Shown piece by piece: positions 38,462-51,199 of a stretch of 64,000 nt of DNA. The DNA comes from Octopus sinensis (taxonomy: Eukaryota). Made by a program: the position numbers and the translations under genes. A model generated the notes under the pieces. That model had not been told where the DNA came from, did not search any database, and saw only the letters and a list, made by a program, of their open reading frames with translations. The DNA is taken from the NCBI RefSeq assembly GCF_006345805.1, contig NC_043012.1, forward strand, positions 43,648,001 to 43,712,000. The letters run 5' to 3'. Numbering within the stretch: the first letter of the stretch is position 1; each line of letters starts with the position of its first letter.

Positions 38462-38935
38462 ATATATATTCAGTAGCAGGTGTTGGTATGGTTACGTGTA
38501 TATTACTACCAGAGTTGATATCGAGATGAAGAATAAATTTAAGAACTATATATTTACTACATGAAAATATATTTTATTTACTGGTCGATGATAATACATA
38601 ATCAAAATGTAGAATCTGGTTGAATGAAGCAATCTATGCAAGAAAGTTCAGAGATAGGAAATATAGAAATAGCAGCTAAGTGGTGGCTTTCAGTCATGCG
38701 GCGTAGAGAAATAGACGGACATAGCAATGACGTGAATGGCTCAGAGTCTAGTCGACTAAGAAACAAGGAGCAGGGTTAGCAAGCTGTTTTTATTAATGGA
38801 ACGCTAGACATTCTAGAAACTTCCAAGAGAAAGGCTAAGCTTCCTGAATAATTAAGAATCACGTCTCATGACACAGATGCTTCGATAAACTTAGACAAGG
38901 AGGTTACTCTATAATCTTTCTTGCCACCGCTACAC
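38462..38935 (+). repeat. ~470-bp local duplication, copy 2
   Basis: Highly similar to 36270-36760. Confidence 0.95.
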
Positions 38936-38980
38936 CCATATGCACGTATTGCTTGAATGATAGTAGCTTATTCATAAATC

Positions 38981-39011
<31 letters not shown>

Positions 39012-39064
39012 ATTACACATACATTATTATATTTACGTACTTCTGCCTGCGTCTGCTTGTGTAT

Positions 39065-39106
<42 letters not shown>

Positions 39107-39615
39107 TGTGTGTGTGTGTGTGTGTATGCTTGCGCGCATTAGCATAATACTTGCTTGTTAGTCATAGAAGGTATAATAGTTCGTCTTTCTTATGCGACTG
39201 CTTGAACTACTAAATGTCAGGCACATCACCTGCTATTATGTTGTCAACGCATGATCTATCGTACAATATTTATTTACTGCTAAGCCCCAATAACGTCAAC
39301 ACATCATCACTAATTTGATGAGATTAAAATCTAGAGAATAGCAAAATTTCTTGTTAAGTATTCTCTTTGTTGGTTCAGTCTCATGCACAATGTTAATTCT
39401 GTAACTCTTACTCTTCCGTCACAACACAAAATATTTATTACATTCTACAGAAACAATATCCTGAAATGGAAGAAAATTTATCTTTTAATGTTCATAGGTC
39501 CAAACATAGAAAGTTACACACTGCAGCTTCAGAAATAAGTCTTGAATCACAAAAAACAACAATCCTCCATTGGAGCACTCAACACAGCTGCTGAATTTCA
39601 CTTTCCAAAATACCA

Positions 39616-40262
39616 TATTCTTTTCTACTCTAGGCACAAGGCCAGAAATTTGGGGGGAGGGGGGGCAGTCGGAATTTGAACTCAAAATGTAAAGCAGACG
39701 AAATACCTATTTTTTTACTACCCACAATGGGCTAAACACAGAGAGGACAAACAAGGACAGGCAAACGGATTAAGTCGATTACATCGACCCCAGTGCGTAA
39801 CTGGTACTTAATTTATCGACCCTGAAAGGATTAAAGGCAAAGTCGACCTCGGCGGAATTTGAACTCAGAACGTAACGGCAGACAAAATACTTATTTCTAT
39901 TTCTTTACTACCCACAAGGGGTTAAACACAAAGGGGACAAACAAGGACAGACACACGGATTAAGTCGATTACATCGACCACAGTGCTTAACTGGTACTTA
40001 TTTAATCGACTCCGAAAGGGTGAAAGGCAAAGTCGACCTCGGTGGAATTTGAACTCAGAACGTAGAGAAAGACAAAATACCGCTAAGCATTTTGCCCATT
40101 GTGCTAACGTTTCTGCCAGCTAGCCGCCTTAAATATTCTTTTCTACTCTAGGCACAAGGCCCGAAATTTGGGGGGAGGGAGCACTCGATTAGATCGACCC
40201 CAGCACGCAACAGGTACTTAATTTATCGACTCCGAAAAGATGAAAGGCAAAGTCGACCAAAA
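39616..40262 (-). mobile_element. SINE family A array of four units with two alternative tails
   Basis: Intact head at ~40130, tail-to-GTATTT junctions at ~39890 and ~39706, alternative tail CCCCCCAAATTTCGGGCCTTGTGCCTAGAGTAGAAAAG present twice. Confidence 0.9.
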
Positions 40263-40329
40263 TACCGTATTAAGAAGATAGCGTGTTGCATGTTTTATTC
40301 CTAAAATTCGAAAAGAAGAAAGAAGAATG

Positions 40330-40900
40330 GCAACAAATAAAACAAAATCCGAGAACTCAGTTTCAATCTCCGGTCCATTGACCAGATCCGCTCCTTTATT
40401 TTGTTTGCTCGTAAGTTTCCTTTCTATTAGTTCAGTGTTTTATATATGTTGAAGAAATGCTGAATTGAACATAACAACCACCAGAAAATGTCTTCGCAGA
40501 AACAGAAGTAATTATTGTACATATTTCCAATGATTCCACTCAATTTGTATTTTTAAGATGTTCGTCTCCATTTAGGCATGGTTTCGAACAATAGGCATGG
40601 TTCCGAACAACTTTCCAGCTGCTAAATTTTTCGTTCGTATTTCGCTCAATCTCCCGAATTATATATCATATGAATGGATGGCTAAAGTGCCAAGGAGTTG
40701 GTTTTGCAATCAAGGGGTCTCAAACTGACTCTGTTTACTTTGTTTTGTTTTTTACTATTTTCTGCATTTACTTGGAAGTTATGTGTTATGTTCCTGGAAA
40801 CTGGAGATAGCACTTTCTTGAGTCAATTTACATTTCTGCTATTGGGAGATGTACGAAGTTCACAGGATCGTATTTCATATAGTCTAATATAAAGTATTTG
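40330..40900 (-). mobile_element. Possible very decayed hAT transposase C-terminus
   Basis: NWWNHWK followed by fragments loosely like the hAT dimerisation domain; many stops. Confidence 0.25.
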
Positions 40901-42169
40901 TATTTCATTAAAAGATACAAATATTGATTTCTGATCCAGGCCAAAGGTGCTGGGTGTGGAAATGAAATGGTGTGATATTCAAGGCTTATACAAGGACAAT
41001 AACGAAATTTATTGTGGATTCCTAATTAGAAAATTGGCGAATTGTATATGATTTTCACAAATGATAACAAAAACTCATATTTATCTCTCATAAGCAAGAC
41101 GACATTAATTGCCTAGGTATTCATTTTTGGGGTTTCTGTCTATAGGGGATTAAACTGTATTAAATTCAAGAAAGGAGTATATTGGAATATTGACACTTAC
41201 ATCTACCTAAGAGCATTATCAACATAAGTGAAATGAAATTGTTAAAGCTTGAAATGTTCAAGGAATAACCAGCAACGCTTACTGATGCTTTTTGATACTT
41301 ACATTTTGACTGATACTCTTTCCAAACAATAAAATCAGCAAAAAGCATATTTATCGAAATCACTACAATGGAAGCTACCTGAAAAATTGATAAACTCGAA
41401 GTTTATCCATGATCAAGATTTCTTTCGGGGTATAAAAATAATTGAATTTTTCCGTCTATATAATTAAAAATAATTTGATATTTAATTAAATAAATTTAAT
41501 AACTGAATAATTATTGTACATATTTCAGTTAGAGACCAACTGTTCATTAATACTAATAAATCCACATTTATGAGAACGAATACAAGATTATAAAAAATAC
41601 ACAAATTTTAAAGAATATTTAGTGTCTTTTTATTTATAGTTTAATTTCTGCCAGAACACGCAATCTCTTTGCCTTCGAACCATTCTCTCCGTTTCGAAAG
41701 CCATTCCAACCACCCCACATCCCTACTCCTCTTATTTCCTCTCCTTTTCATTACATCTACTTCCTCTCTTCTTTTCTTTCTTTCTCCCTAACTCTGCCTC
41801 AACTTTTCCCAGCTATAAGTAATCAATGTGTAATATTGTGAATTTAGTACAATTTTTTTTATCAATAATTCGGAAATAAATGGTGAAGGCTATTCTTTTT
41901 TTAATGAGATTATAAAATCGAAACATGTCAGGAATTATACCCTCTACTTACCGAACAAATGATATTAGTCGCTGATTGTTGTTATGTGTTCTTCACCGCA
42001 TAATTGTTTGTAGTTAGATTTTTAATATCCCTTGTATAGAATGCTGACACTAACAGATTGTAGCATGCTATATTTTATTACGCTAACCGTCAAAGTTACT
42101 TCACTGTTATTTCGGTTGTTTTGTCTTTTTTCTCTCTATTTGACGTCGAGATATAACGATCGATAGCAC

Positions 42170-42470
42170 ATTCTCAATCAACATGTGAAATAATTTTATA
42201 AATTGTCATGTAGTCATACATGAAATTTCTCATTCCCTCAGGCACTTGACAACTCATGAAACACAGGCTATCGACGATATCATTCCAGCCAACCCTGTCC
42301 TGGGCCTTGCACTCCAATTGTCCTCTGCTCCATTCAGATCTTCTTACTTCATTTTCCACATGTTGCCAGATGTTCTTTGACCTACTTGTCTCCCTTCTAT
42401 TTCAAAGGGGCTGCCTGGCAACGTTGTGCTGGGGCCTCCTGAGAGCATATTTAATCTAGCTTTACTTTTT
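42170..42470 (-). mobile_element. RTE-like LINE 3' end
   Basis: ALRRPQHNVARQP...RSEWSRGQLECKAQDRVGWNDIVDSLC matches the RTE C-terminal AQDR..W motif. Confidence 0.8.
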
Positions 42471-42520
42471 TCTTTTGAACTTCATTTCACTTTTTGTGAT
42501 GTGGAGTATTTTTATATTCG

Positions 42521-42562
42521 TGTACGCTGATGAGTGCTAGTTTCCGTCACGAAAGCCTCTGT
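42521..42562 (+). ncRNA. Hammerhead-like core (decayed, minimal type)
   Basis: ACG CTGATGA GTG ctagtttccgt CAC GAAA GCCTC TGT. Confidence 0.4.
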
Positions 42563-42879
42563 TATTCTGTCTGAGGCCATCTTCTTTCACTGAAACTCAA
42601 GATAGAAAGTTTTAATTTCACTCGACATGACTTATGCAGTAAAAATGTTATTGGTTAAGTATTGAACTTTCGGCTTGAATTGTCATCTTTCATTCTCCAT
42701 TTGCAAGGTCCTTCTCATTCCTGGAACTGTGATTTTTACTTTGGTTTCGTCTTGTAAGTTTCTAATGGGTGTTTAGGTTTTACTGTTTGGGGTTAACAAT
42801 CACACAGCAAATATCTCCAGTTTGAAGAAGCTCTCCAAACAGCCTGATGTTGGTTGGATGTTTGGTTTTTATCACTCTC

Positions 42880-43070
42880 AGTACATGTCTTCAGATTGCA
42901 CTGTCCTCAGACTGACACCCAAACACTTAGAAATGTTCATATTGGAGCTCCCGGCGTCAAGCAGTACAGCATGTCGTTTCCAAATTTCTGGCAGAGTCAA
43001 TTGGGTCATGGTGCTGTTTTTCTCACAGTCGATGCCCAACTGACCCTACTATATTGTGTAGTTGACAAAA
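42880..43070 (-). mobile_element. Tc1/mariner-like 5' remnant
   Basis: MTQLTLPEIWKRHAVLLDAGSSNMNISKCLGVSLRTVQ resembles an HTH N-terminus. Confidence 0.5.
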
Positions 43071-43384
43071 TCAAAAACAAACAATGCACATGCACAAAAT
43101 AAAAAATGTAAAATGGCGACAATTTACCCATCGCACTCTGTATATCCTTAAAAGTGTTATCACTAACATGACAACACTTTTATCATTTTCAGCTTACGGC
43201 CATAGGACAAAGCAAATGCAGTATAGCAACGCACAGAACTTGATTTTGTTTTGTTGATCATGTTATTTTTTTTTCTCGTCGGTACATGTATCAGTTGTAT
43301 TACTATTGACACTTTCCCGAGGTGTAATATATTTTTATCAAAAATATTGAGTTTTATCAACAAAGTTTTTTTAAAGAAAATGCT

Positions 43385-43770
43385 CTAGGCGCATGCGTGC
43401 TTGTCTGGTTCCGGGTTCAGTCCCACTGCGTAGCACCTTGGGAAAGTGCCTTCTATCATAGCCTCGGTTAGACTAAAGCCTTGTTAGTGGATTTGGTAGA
43501 CGGAAACTAAAAGAAGCACGTCGTGTGTATATATGTATATATATTTATATGTATCTTTATGTCTGTGTTTTTCCCACCACCATTGCTTGACAACCGATGT
43601 TGGTGTATTTACGTCCCCGTAGCCTAGTGGTTTGGCAAAATAGACCGAGAGAATAAGTACCAAGCTTACAAAGAATAAGTCATGAGGTCGATTTCTTTGA
43701 CTAAAAAAGGCGATACTCCAGCATGGTCGCAGTCAAATGACTGAAACAAGTAAAAGCATAAAAGAGTAGG
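43385..43770 (+). mobile_element. SINE family B
   Basis: GGTTCCGGGTTCAGTCCCACTGCGTAGCACCTTGGG through ...GCAGTCAAATGACTGAAACAAGTAAAAG. Confidence 0.9.
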
Positions 43771-44734
43771 AAATGCAATAATCTTCAAAGAAGAAAGCAT
43801 CATAATACTTACTTGGTTGAGGTCAACTGTAACACTCGATCCCTACAATCACCTCTTTTCGATCGAATTAATGTGGTTCCTTTTCTTCGTTGGTACATCT
43901 AGTAATTTTATGAGTATTCATACTATTTTGGTCTACGGAATTGAAGAAAAAGGAATTAGATCAACAAACCCAAAGTTTTACGGTTTATGTGCAATGCAGG
44001 AAATAATATTTATGAATACTCTTTGTGCATTGGTTAGATTATTTAATTACTCCACGGAAGAGTATCAATATACATAAAATTGATACTTGTGCGAACAAAA
44101 AAATTATAATTTAATTTGTTTACCAAAATTTAAGTATTTCGCTTTCCATACTTCGCTGTGCATTGCGTGAAAATCAGTCAATAATCTTCGAAATCAGGAT
44201 GACAAAATTGTTGTCACGTCTTGAATGAACAATCCTGAATGAACAGAGCTATGATCAAAGACATACTAGCTTTGACTATCCGACCTTTTTATTGGTATCC
44301 AAGGCTAGATTATCTAATATGTCCTTTTTTTAATGGTTGATGGGCCCTTGAGAAAAAAACTTGGCTGCTATTTCTCGCAAATCGAGCACGTACTTGCAAC
44401 TACTCTATGTCTATTAATCGATGTTTTATAGGGAAAATAATTGTATCTGAAACCTGTTTTCTTAATATTTATTTCTCTGTATGAGATACTCTGTTGAGAT
44501 AATATGAGACTTTAATGTGTGATCTTAGGGATAAAAGTCTGACATAAATGCTACTCCTAATTTTTCAAAGATATTAAGCTATCATAGGATAATAACTAAT
44601 GCACGTTTAAATATAACACATAATTGCTGCTTAAACTAACGTATAATCATGTATTTAGGCAAACTATATGAAAATATAAATATAAAACATGTAAAATTGA
44701 TATTTTAAATATATAATATAGTACCATTCAAGCA

Positions 44735-44780
<46 letters not shown>

Positions 44781-45029
44781 TCTCTCTCTCTCCCCATTTC
44801 TCTAAAAAAAATGTGGATCTTTCCTGTTGATGTCACAGTTTTTGAAATTATAAAATTAAGTGAAAATTTTCAAACTTGGTTTATTGATGTAATTTTTCAC
44901 ACTTAATCTGATTTTGTTATTCACTTGTTCCAGAAAAATTTTAGAAAAAAAACTTACAGGGGGTTAAATTATTGCGTTTTTCGTCTGGCTTTGACAACTG
45001 GCCTGGATTTTTTTACGTCTCCTAACTTC

Positions 45030-45415
45030 GGCTAAAAGAGATCGATAAAATGAGCACTTGGCTTAAAAAAAAACGTGCTGGAGTCGACTTGTCCGACTAT
45101 ATTCTTCAAGGCAGTTCCACACTATGGCTGCTGTCAAATGGCTGAAAAAGTAAGACTAAAGATAGTGCCAATTATTGTTGGGGCCTTGGAAGCAGTATCA
45201 AAAGGTATGGAGAAGAATATAAAGCAAATAAGAATAGAGTGTCCAGTATAGCCGTTGTAAAAAGTTTGCCTCATTGGCACGGCCAGAAGCACCAGGAAAA
45301 TATTAGAAAGTTGAGGAGAACAAACAGCATAGTACCCGTAGGGTGCAGGTAACAAGCTCACTATTCATTCAAGGTTCTAGAAGTTCCAACAACACCCGCG
45401 TTAAAAAAATGATAA
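45030..45415 (+). mobile_element. SINE B tail fused to the 3' end of an R4/Dong-like element
   Basis: SINE tail to ~45150, then KIVPIIVGALEAVSKGMEKNIKQI...KVCLIGTARSTRKIL (RLE C-terminus). Confidence 0.75.
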
Positions 45416-45429
45416 AGGTTTAAAATTTT

Positions 45430-45625
45430 GGCACAAGCTCATCGATTTGAAGTAATTCGATTACATTCCCCCTAGTACTCAAGTGGTACTTATTTACTCG
45501 ACCCCGCAAAGATGACTTACGAGGCTGACCTCGGTTGAATTTACACTCAAAACGTAAAGGCGGATGAAATGCTGCAAAGCATTTTCTCCGGCGTGGAAAC
45601 GATTCTGCCAGCTCGCAGCCTTAAT
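45430..45625 (-). mobile_element. SINE family A, old decayed copy
   Basis: Minus-strand head AAGGCTGCGAGCTGGCAGAATCGTT plus a decayed core. Confidence 0.7.
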
Positions 45626-45779
45626 AACTGATAGATATGAAGAAAACAAAGTAACAACAGAATCTGTACAGCAGCGAAAAGTTAGGGTAAAACTGAAATT
45701 AGAGAATGTCATGACAAAACAGGAGTAAGAAAATGATGATGGGGATGAGGAGGAAAAGAAGGAAGACGATTATATTGAG

Positions 45780-45797
45780 GATGATGATGATGATGAC

Positions 45798-45853
<56 letters not shown>

Positions 45854-45950
45854 CGATACTGCTGCTGATAATTATGATACAACTTTATTAGTATCACTAC
45901 TACTAATAATAATAATTAACGACGACGACGACAACAACAACAACAATAAT
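45780..45950. repeat. (GAT)n and compound trinucleotide microsatellite
   Basis: Directly visible. Confidence 0.95.
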
Positions 45951-46738
45951 CAATATAGAGCGAAACATGAAAGTTCCAAGAAGAAACTCAATGAAACATA
46001 TTTGTGTGAAGCATTACAAGAAACTGGCCATGTTTTATTTGTCGGTTTGCTTGCAGCAATGCAAATGTTAATATACCATCGCTGTCTGTCAATAAATGAA
46101 GAGATATTTTTGTTCTCGCCATAAGCTTAACTTCGTCTGCTAATATATGCGTTGTTGTAACAGAAGCAGAGAACACATTTCAGAAAATTACAGATGTTTG
46201 ACGTGGAAAATACATTTTCTTTTCTGTATTAGCATCAAAAAGTTTGATGTGCTTGAATTTCAATAAAATTTCCTTTTGCCTAATAAATTATGAAAGCAGC
46301 ACTTTCCACAGTTTCCAAAACTGTATTAGGGATAGAAATAAAAAAAAAAATTAAATAATCTATTTTACAAATTGAAAAGATCAACAATGTCTTCCTTGAT
46401 AATATATGTAACATAACATAGGGAAGATCGGCACGAATGGTAATAAATTAAACTAGTTGAGAATATACATAAATATAAAATTCCTTCAGGAAAATACTTG
46501 CACATTCCAAAAGATTCTTTTGCTGTCATTTTGTATAAATGGCTTTGTATATGTGTTTCAGGCTTCTAAAGCTATCAAAATATGATTGCTATATACTTGC
46601 CGCGTGCAGACCTGCGGAAATATTCTTATCATCATCAGAGTGACTACTGCCGACGTTTCTCCGTGATTTCGATGACAACCACCAATTGGTTCAAATATTG
46701 TTTGACAGAAATCTCGTGCCACCTGTTTTAATGTACAT

Positions 46739-47261
46739 AGAGCAGTGCATGCCATCAAAGTGACGCTGGGAAACAAATATACGAAGCCCAGTATACACAT
46801 CATGACTACTCGTCTGATAACCATATGTGCGCGACATGGTGATCTCATATCAAGATAAACATCACATGACATTGCAGGTGGTTCCCGGTTAGAATTTTTT
46901 TCTGGTCGAGTAACCTATCCCGCTTAAAAGGTCCCTGAATAAGGGTTGTTTAAGGATGTTGAGCGAAACATCCGTGTTTCCAGAGATGAATTATTCAAAC
47001 CATTAAAGAATCCATTTCAACACATGGCTATGATGCTCCCCCTCAACTTCTGCTCGTGATCAGAGATGCACATATCGTCAGCCATCAAGGGACATGCTCA
47101 ATTGGTTAAGGTCAAACAACTGACAAGCAAATCTGTGGTATTGAGCAGAATATTTGCTGTAGGCCATCTTTTATACCAAGACAAAACAATGTACATCATA
47201 ACACTTCCAATCAGTTAAGATCAGAAGCCACGAGAGCCACTGCCTGGTACTGTATCAGGGC

Positions 47262-47263
<2 letters not shown>
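46739..47263 (-). mobile_element. Unclassified non-coding interspersed element (family C), copy 1, with intact 5' end
   Basis: Reverse-complement homologue of 57496-58103 and 59501-59896; 5' end ATGCCCTGATACAGTACCAGGCAGTGGCTCTC abuts (AAT)n. Confidence 0.85.
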
Positions 47264-47332
<69 letters not shown>

Positions 47333-47349
47333 TTGTTGTTGGCATTATT

Positions 47350-47382
<33 letters not shown>

Positions 47383-47416
47383 ATTATTATTACTATTATT
47401 ATTATTATTATTATTA

Positions 47417-47450
<34 letters not shown>
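47264..47450. repeat. (TTA)n/(TTG)n compound microsatellite between family C and an R4 3' end
   Basis: Directly visible. Confidence 0.95.
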
Positions 47451-47453
<3 letters not shown>

Positions 47454-48558
47454 TAGTCTTATTTTTATCACGTGCTTTCACTTCACTATTGAGCGCAGTT
47501 TTGTGTTCCTTGGACATGTGTTGTGGTTTGGACATGTGTTGTGGTGCTCTTATTTTCACTTTATTGAAAGTGTTTTACGTAGGATATATGTGGTGCCTAG
47601 TAGTGCTAACTTTTATGTTATATATACTTGTAAGCCTTGATGTTTTTGTTATGTATTTGTCTGAATACTTTTTTTTTATCATACCTAATGTGCCTATTAT
47701 GACAGGAATTGTTTCTGCTTTTAGGCTCCACATTCAAGTTATATCTATTTTCAATTCTTTGTAGCTTGAAAGTTTCTCCGTTTCTTTTAGAAAAAAAACA
47801 TTGTCCCCTGTTGGTATTGGCCTGTTGACCTTAATTTATCTATCTGGGTGTATTGGTATATCCCAGAGTATAGTTGCTTTTTCATTTTCTTTAACTTTTT
47901 CTGGTGGGTGCCTATAACATCTTTTTTTTCTGTTGTTATTCCATAGTGTTGGCATAGCTTCCAGTGTATATAGGTCCCAACTCTTTTGTGCCTGTGAATA
48001 TATTCCTTCTTAGCCAGGAGTGGGCAGCCAGAGACAATATGATTTATTGTTTCTTCTACATCTCCACATATTTTTCAGTTACTTGTATTTATTTTCATTA
48101 CATGTTTTTGGTGATTTTTGGTGGAATGGCTTTGATCTTGTGCTACAAATTAAACATCCTTCAGTCAGTATCTGCTTTGAATCCTGAACTTCTCAGCCAT
48201 TGTTGGGATTTTGCTATGTCTACCTCTGTTCTGTTTAGTTTAACCCAATTTTGCCATGAAGGGGCTTTTCTTGCCATCGTTTTATCATGATCTGTCGCTA
48301 GTCCAGTTTTAGTTTGGATTTCAGTTGTTTTGCAGCTTTTGTTGTTTCTTCTTCTTCTTCATAGTTATTAGGTACTGTGATTTCTTTTTGTACTTTTCAG
48401 CCTCCTTAAAGACTGAAAATAGTTTTTTGTTTTCTTCGTGTTTTGCCGCTAATTGTATTAGTTTTCCTTGCTTCTGAAGTAGGTATTTCTGTAGTCCAAT
48501 GGTGGTTAATTTGTAATAGTTTTCTAGCTGTATAAGGCTTCTACCACCTTCGGTACGT

Positions 48559-48592
<34 letters not shown>

Positions 48593-49735
48593 ATTCTAAA
48601 TCCTGTAATTATTTTTCTTGTTTTCCTGTCTATTTTGATTAGTTCATTTAGAGTCCAGTTAAGAATATTGTAGCTGTAATGTATAACTGGGACGGCTTGA
48701 GTGTTGGTACCTATTATCTTGTTTTTCGCATTGAGCTCTGTTTTTAGTATTAATCTAACTCGTCTATAGTATTACTTTTTTTATCTTCTCTTTCATTTGT
48801 TTATCTAGAGTGTCTTTCATTTGTGTATCATTTGTATATCATATCGAGCTCATTGATTCCTAACTATATGTACATCTGGCTTTCGCCTAATTTTCTTATT
48901 TCATTTGCTTAATCTAGTGCGATGTTGGTACTCTTAACTAGTTTTCTTCTTTTAAGAGTTACTTTGGCACATTTTTCTGAGCCAAATTTGACGTTTATTT
49001 CTTTGGTAAATCCATGCACTGTCTGTAGTAACGTTTCTAGCTGTTTATCACTTATAGCGTACAGCTTTAGATCATCCATATATAAGAGATATATCGCTGA
49101 TTGTTTTGTCGTAACAGTTGAAACCACATCCAGTTCTGTTTAGCATGTCAGATAAAGGTGTCAGTGCCAAGCAGAAAAGTAGTGAAGAGAGCGTGTCTTC
49201 CTGGAATATTACTCTTCTAATGGAGATGGCTTTGGTGTTTATGAGTTCCTCTTTTGTCGGGAGCTGTAGCACTGCCTGCCATTTATTCATGGGATGTTTT
49301 ATATATATTTTGTGATTATTGGTACTGCCTTGTTCATGACTAGTGTTTCCAGGATCAATGTGTGGGGAAACTATCAAAAGCCTTTCGGTAATCGATCCTG
49401 GCCATACTTAGATCCTACTTCTTCCTGCGGCTGTCTTCAGTTATGGCTTTATTGATCGATAGCTGATCTTTACAGCCGTACGAGCCCTTGCTGCATCCCT
49501 TTTGCTCTTCTGGAAACAGGTTGTTTTCTTCTAGATGTTTGCCCATTCTCTACGATATTATTGCAGTAAAGGCTTTGTAAATTATAGAGAGACAAGTTAT
49601 CGGTCTGTAATTTTGGGAGTTTGCCATTCATGCATTGTCTCTGGCTCTGTTTGTATTTCATTAAATTTCTCAGCCAGCTTTTTATGTGTTCCTGTTAGGT
49701 ATTTTAAGCCTGCGAAGAATTCTTGTAATTCGAAG
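47451..49735 (-). mobile_element. R4/Dong-clade non-LTR retrotransposon, 5'-truncated and decayed (RT plus RLE)
   Basis: IDYRKAFDS, IFQEDTLSSLLFCLAL, LLYMDDLKLYA, ILWDI, IPVIIGTLGMI; 3' end runs into (AAT)n. Confidence 0.92.
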
Positions 49736-49909
49736 TAATGCTGATTTTTGTAGGTGATCTACCTACACACTTGCACCGATCTTTTCTTCTTCTTCTTCTT
49801 CTTCTTCTTCTTCTTCTTCTTCTTCTTCTTCTTCTTCTTCTCCTCCCCCTCCTCCTCCTCCTCCTCCTCCTTCTTCTTCTTCTTCCTCTTATCATCATCA
49901 TCATCATAT

Positions 49910-51190
49910 TTGCTGCGGAACACATCGGACGTGTTTTCGAACGCTCCAAGTATGTTCAGTTCAAAATATTCATTTACACCAGGATTGGTGTCTTTGCAAT
50001 AATTATTTTATTCCAAGTTGTGAATAGAAACACCAGGAACCTGTTACTGGTTTTGTATGGTTGTTTAGACCCCCCCCCCAGAGGGGTGATTTTCGGCCCA
50101 CCGAATAATTTCGGTGGGCATTAATTTAATTGAATCAAATACAACTCAACAAGATGGCGGAGCGTATCTTGAAAGAGTTGAGGAAAAACAAAATAACCCT
50201 TATGATATGTCCCCTTCCCTCCGTTACTGTTAACAATACCGGGGAAGTGGGGAGGAGAAAAACAAGACTGTCATGGTACAAAGTCCAATTAACAGTAACA
50301 ACAGTAGTAGCAGAAACACTAACAGCGGTACAAACGATCGCAGCAGCAGCCGCAACAGGTAACAGCAGCCGCAGCAGTAGTAGTAGTAATAGCAACAGCA
50401 ACCACGAAAAAGACAGCAACTACAGTAGCAGTAACGATAATAACAAGAACAACAACGAGAGCAAAAGTGACTATAGCAACAGCAACAAACCAATACCAAC
50501 AACATCGATAAGAACAACGACATCAACAGCAACGGTAGCAGCAACACTAACAGCAATAAAAACAACAACGAGAACAGTACGAATAACAAAAGTACGTTCG
50601 TAGCAGCAGCGAAGGACAAACAACACATTACAGTAGACCTCACAAATAGGGAGCAGATGCTAGCACAGGCATGGAAACTAATAAAACAAGAGAAGAGTTG
50701 AGCCAATTTAACTGTTCCATCAGAGGCAACTAAAGCAGTGGAGAAAAGAACCGTGCTTTTTAGATGCATCTCAGCAGACACGAAAAGAGCCGCTTTAATA
50801 GTCCAAGTAGACATTGAAATGACGCTGAGGTGCATCAGAAATGACATCGAATACATAGCGAGGGGAAACAATACGACACGATTTCGGTGCTGTTTAAGTC
50901 AGAAGCCCTCGCTATGAAACATTCAATGACCCCTTGCAAAAGCAGCAAAGTGATGTAGCCCTCCCACATGGGGAAACGTACATCACGTGTCCGCGTTCCT
51001 AGGATACCACCTGGACTAGATATGTGGTGGCTTCTAGGATGCGTAATCGTGGACTGGATAGATGCTGTCCCAACAGAGGTGACAAGAACTGCCAGTAAAG
51101 ACTGGTCCGGGGTTGACCTAGAGATACTGCTCCAGATCAGATCCGAAAACATAAAAAAATCCCGGGACAATGATACTCATCATAACTGAG
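49910..51190 (+). mobile_element. Tx1/L1-like 5' UTR and decayed ORF1, interrupted by a trinucleotide-rich tract (~50280-50600)
   Basis: ATG at 50154; IEYIARGKQYDTISVLF...HMGKRTSRVRVPRIPP is homologous to ITYLARG...YMGMRTSKVRILRIPP at ~29920-30090. Confidence 0.8.
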
Positions 51191-51199
51191 GGCAAAACG

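Noticed and set aside
43813-43932. 120-nt minus-strand segment with good acceptor and donor signals
   Set aside because: All three frames contain stops and no partner exon was found.
46625-46690. Minus-strand GTC...GA-GAAACGTC resembling a minimal PLE hammerhead
   Set aside because: The CTGANGA position reads TTGGTGG and the stem II closing base is missing; too decayed to support.
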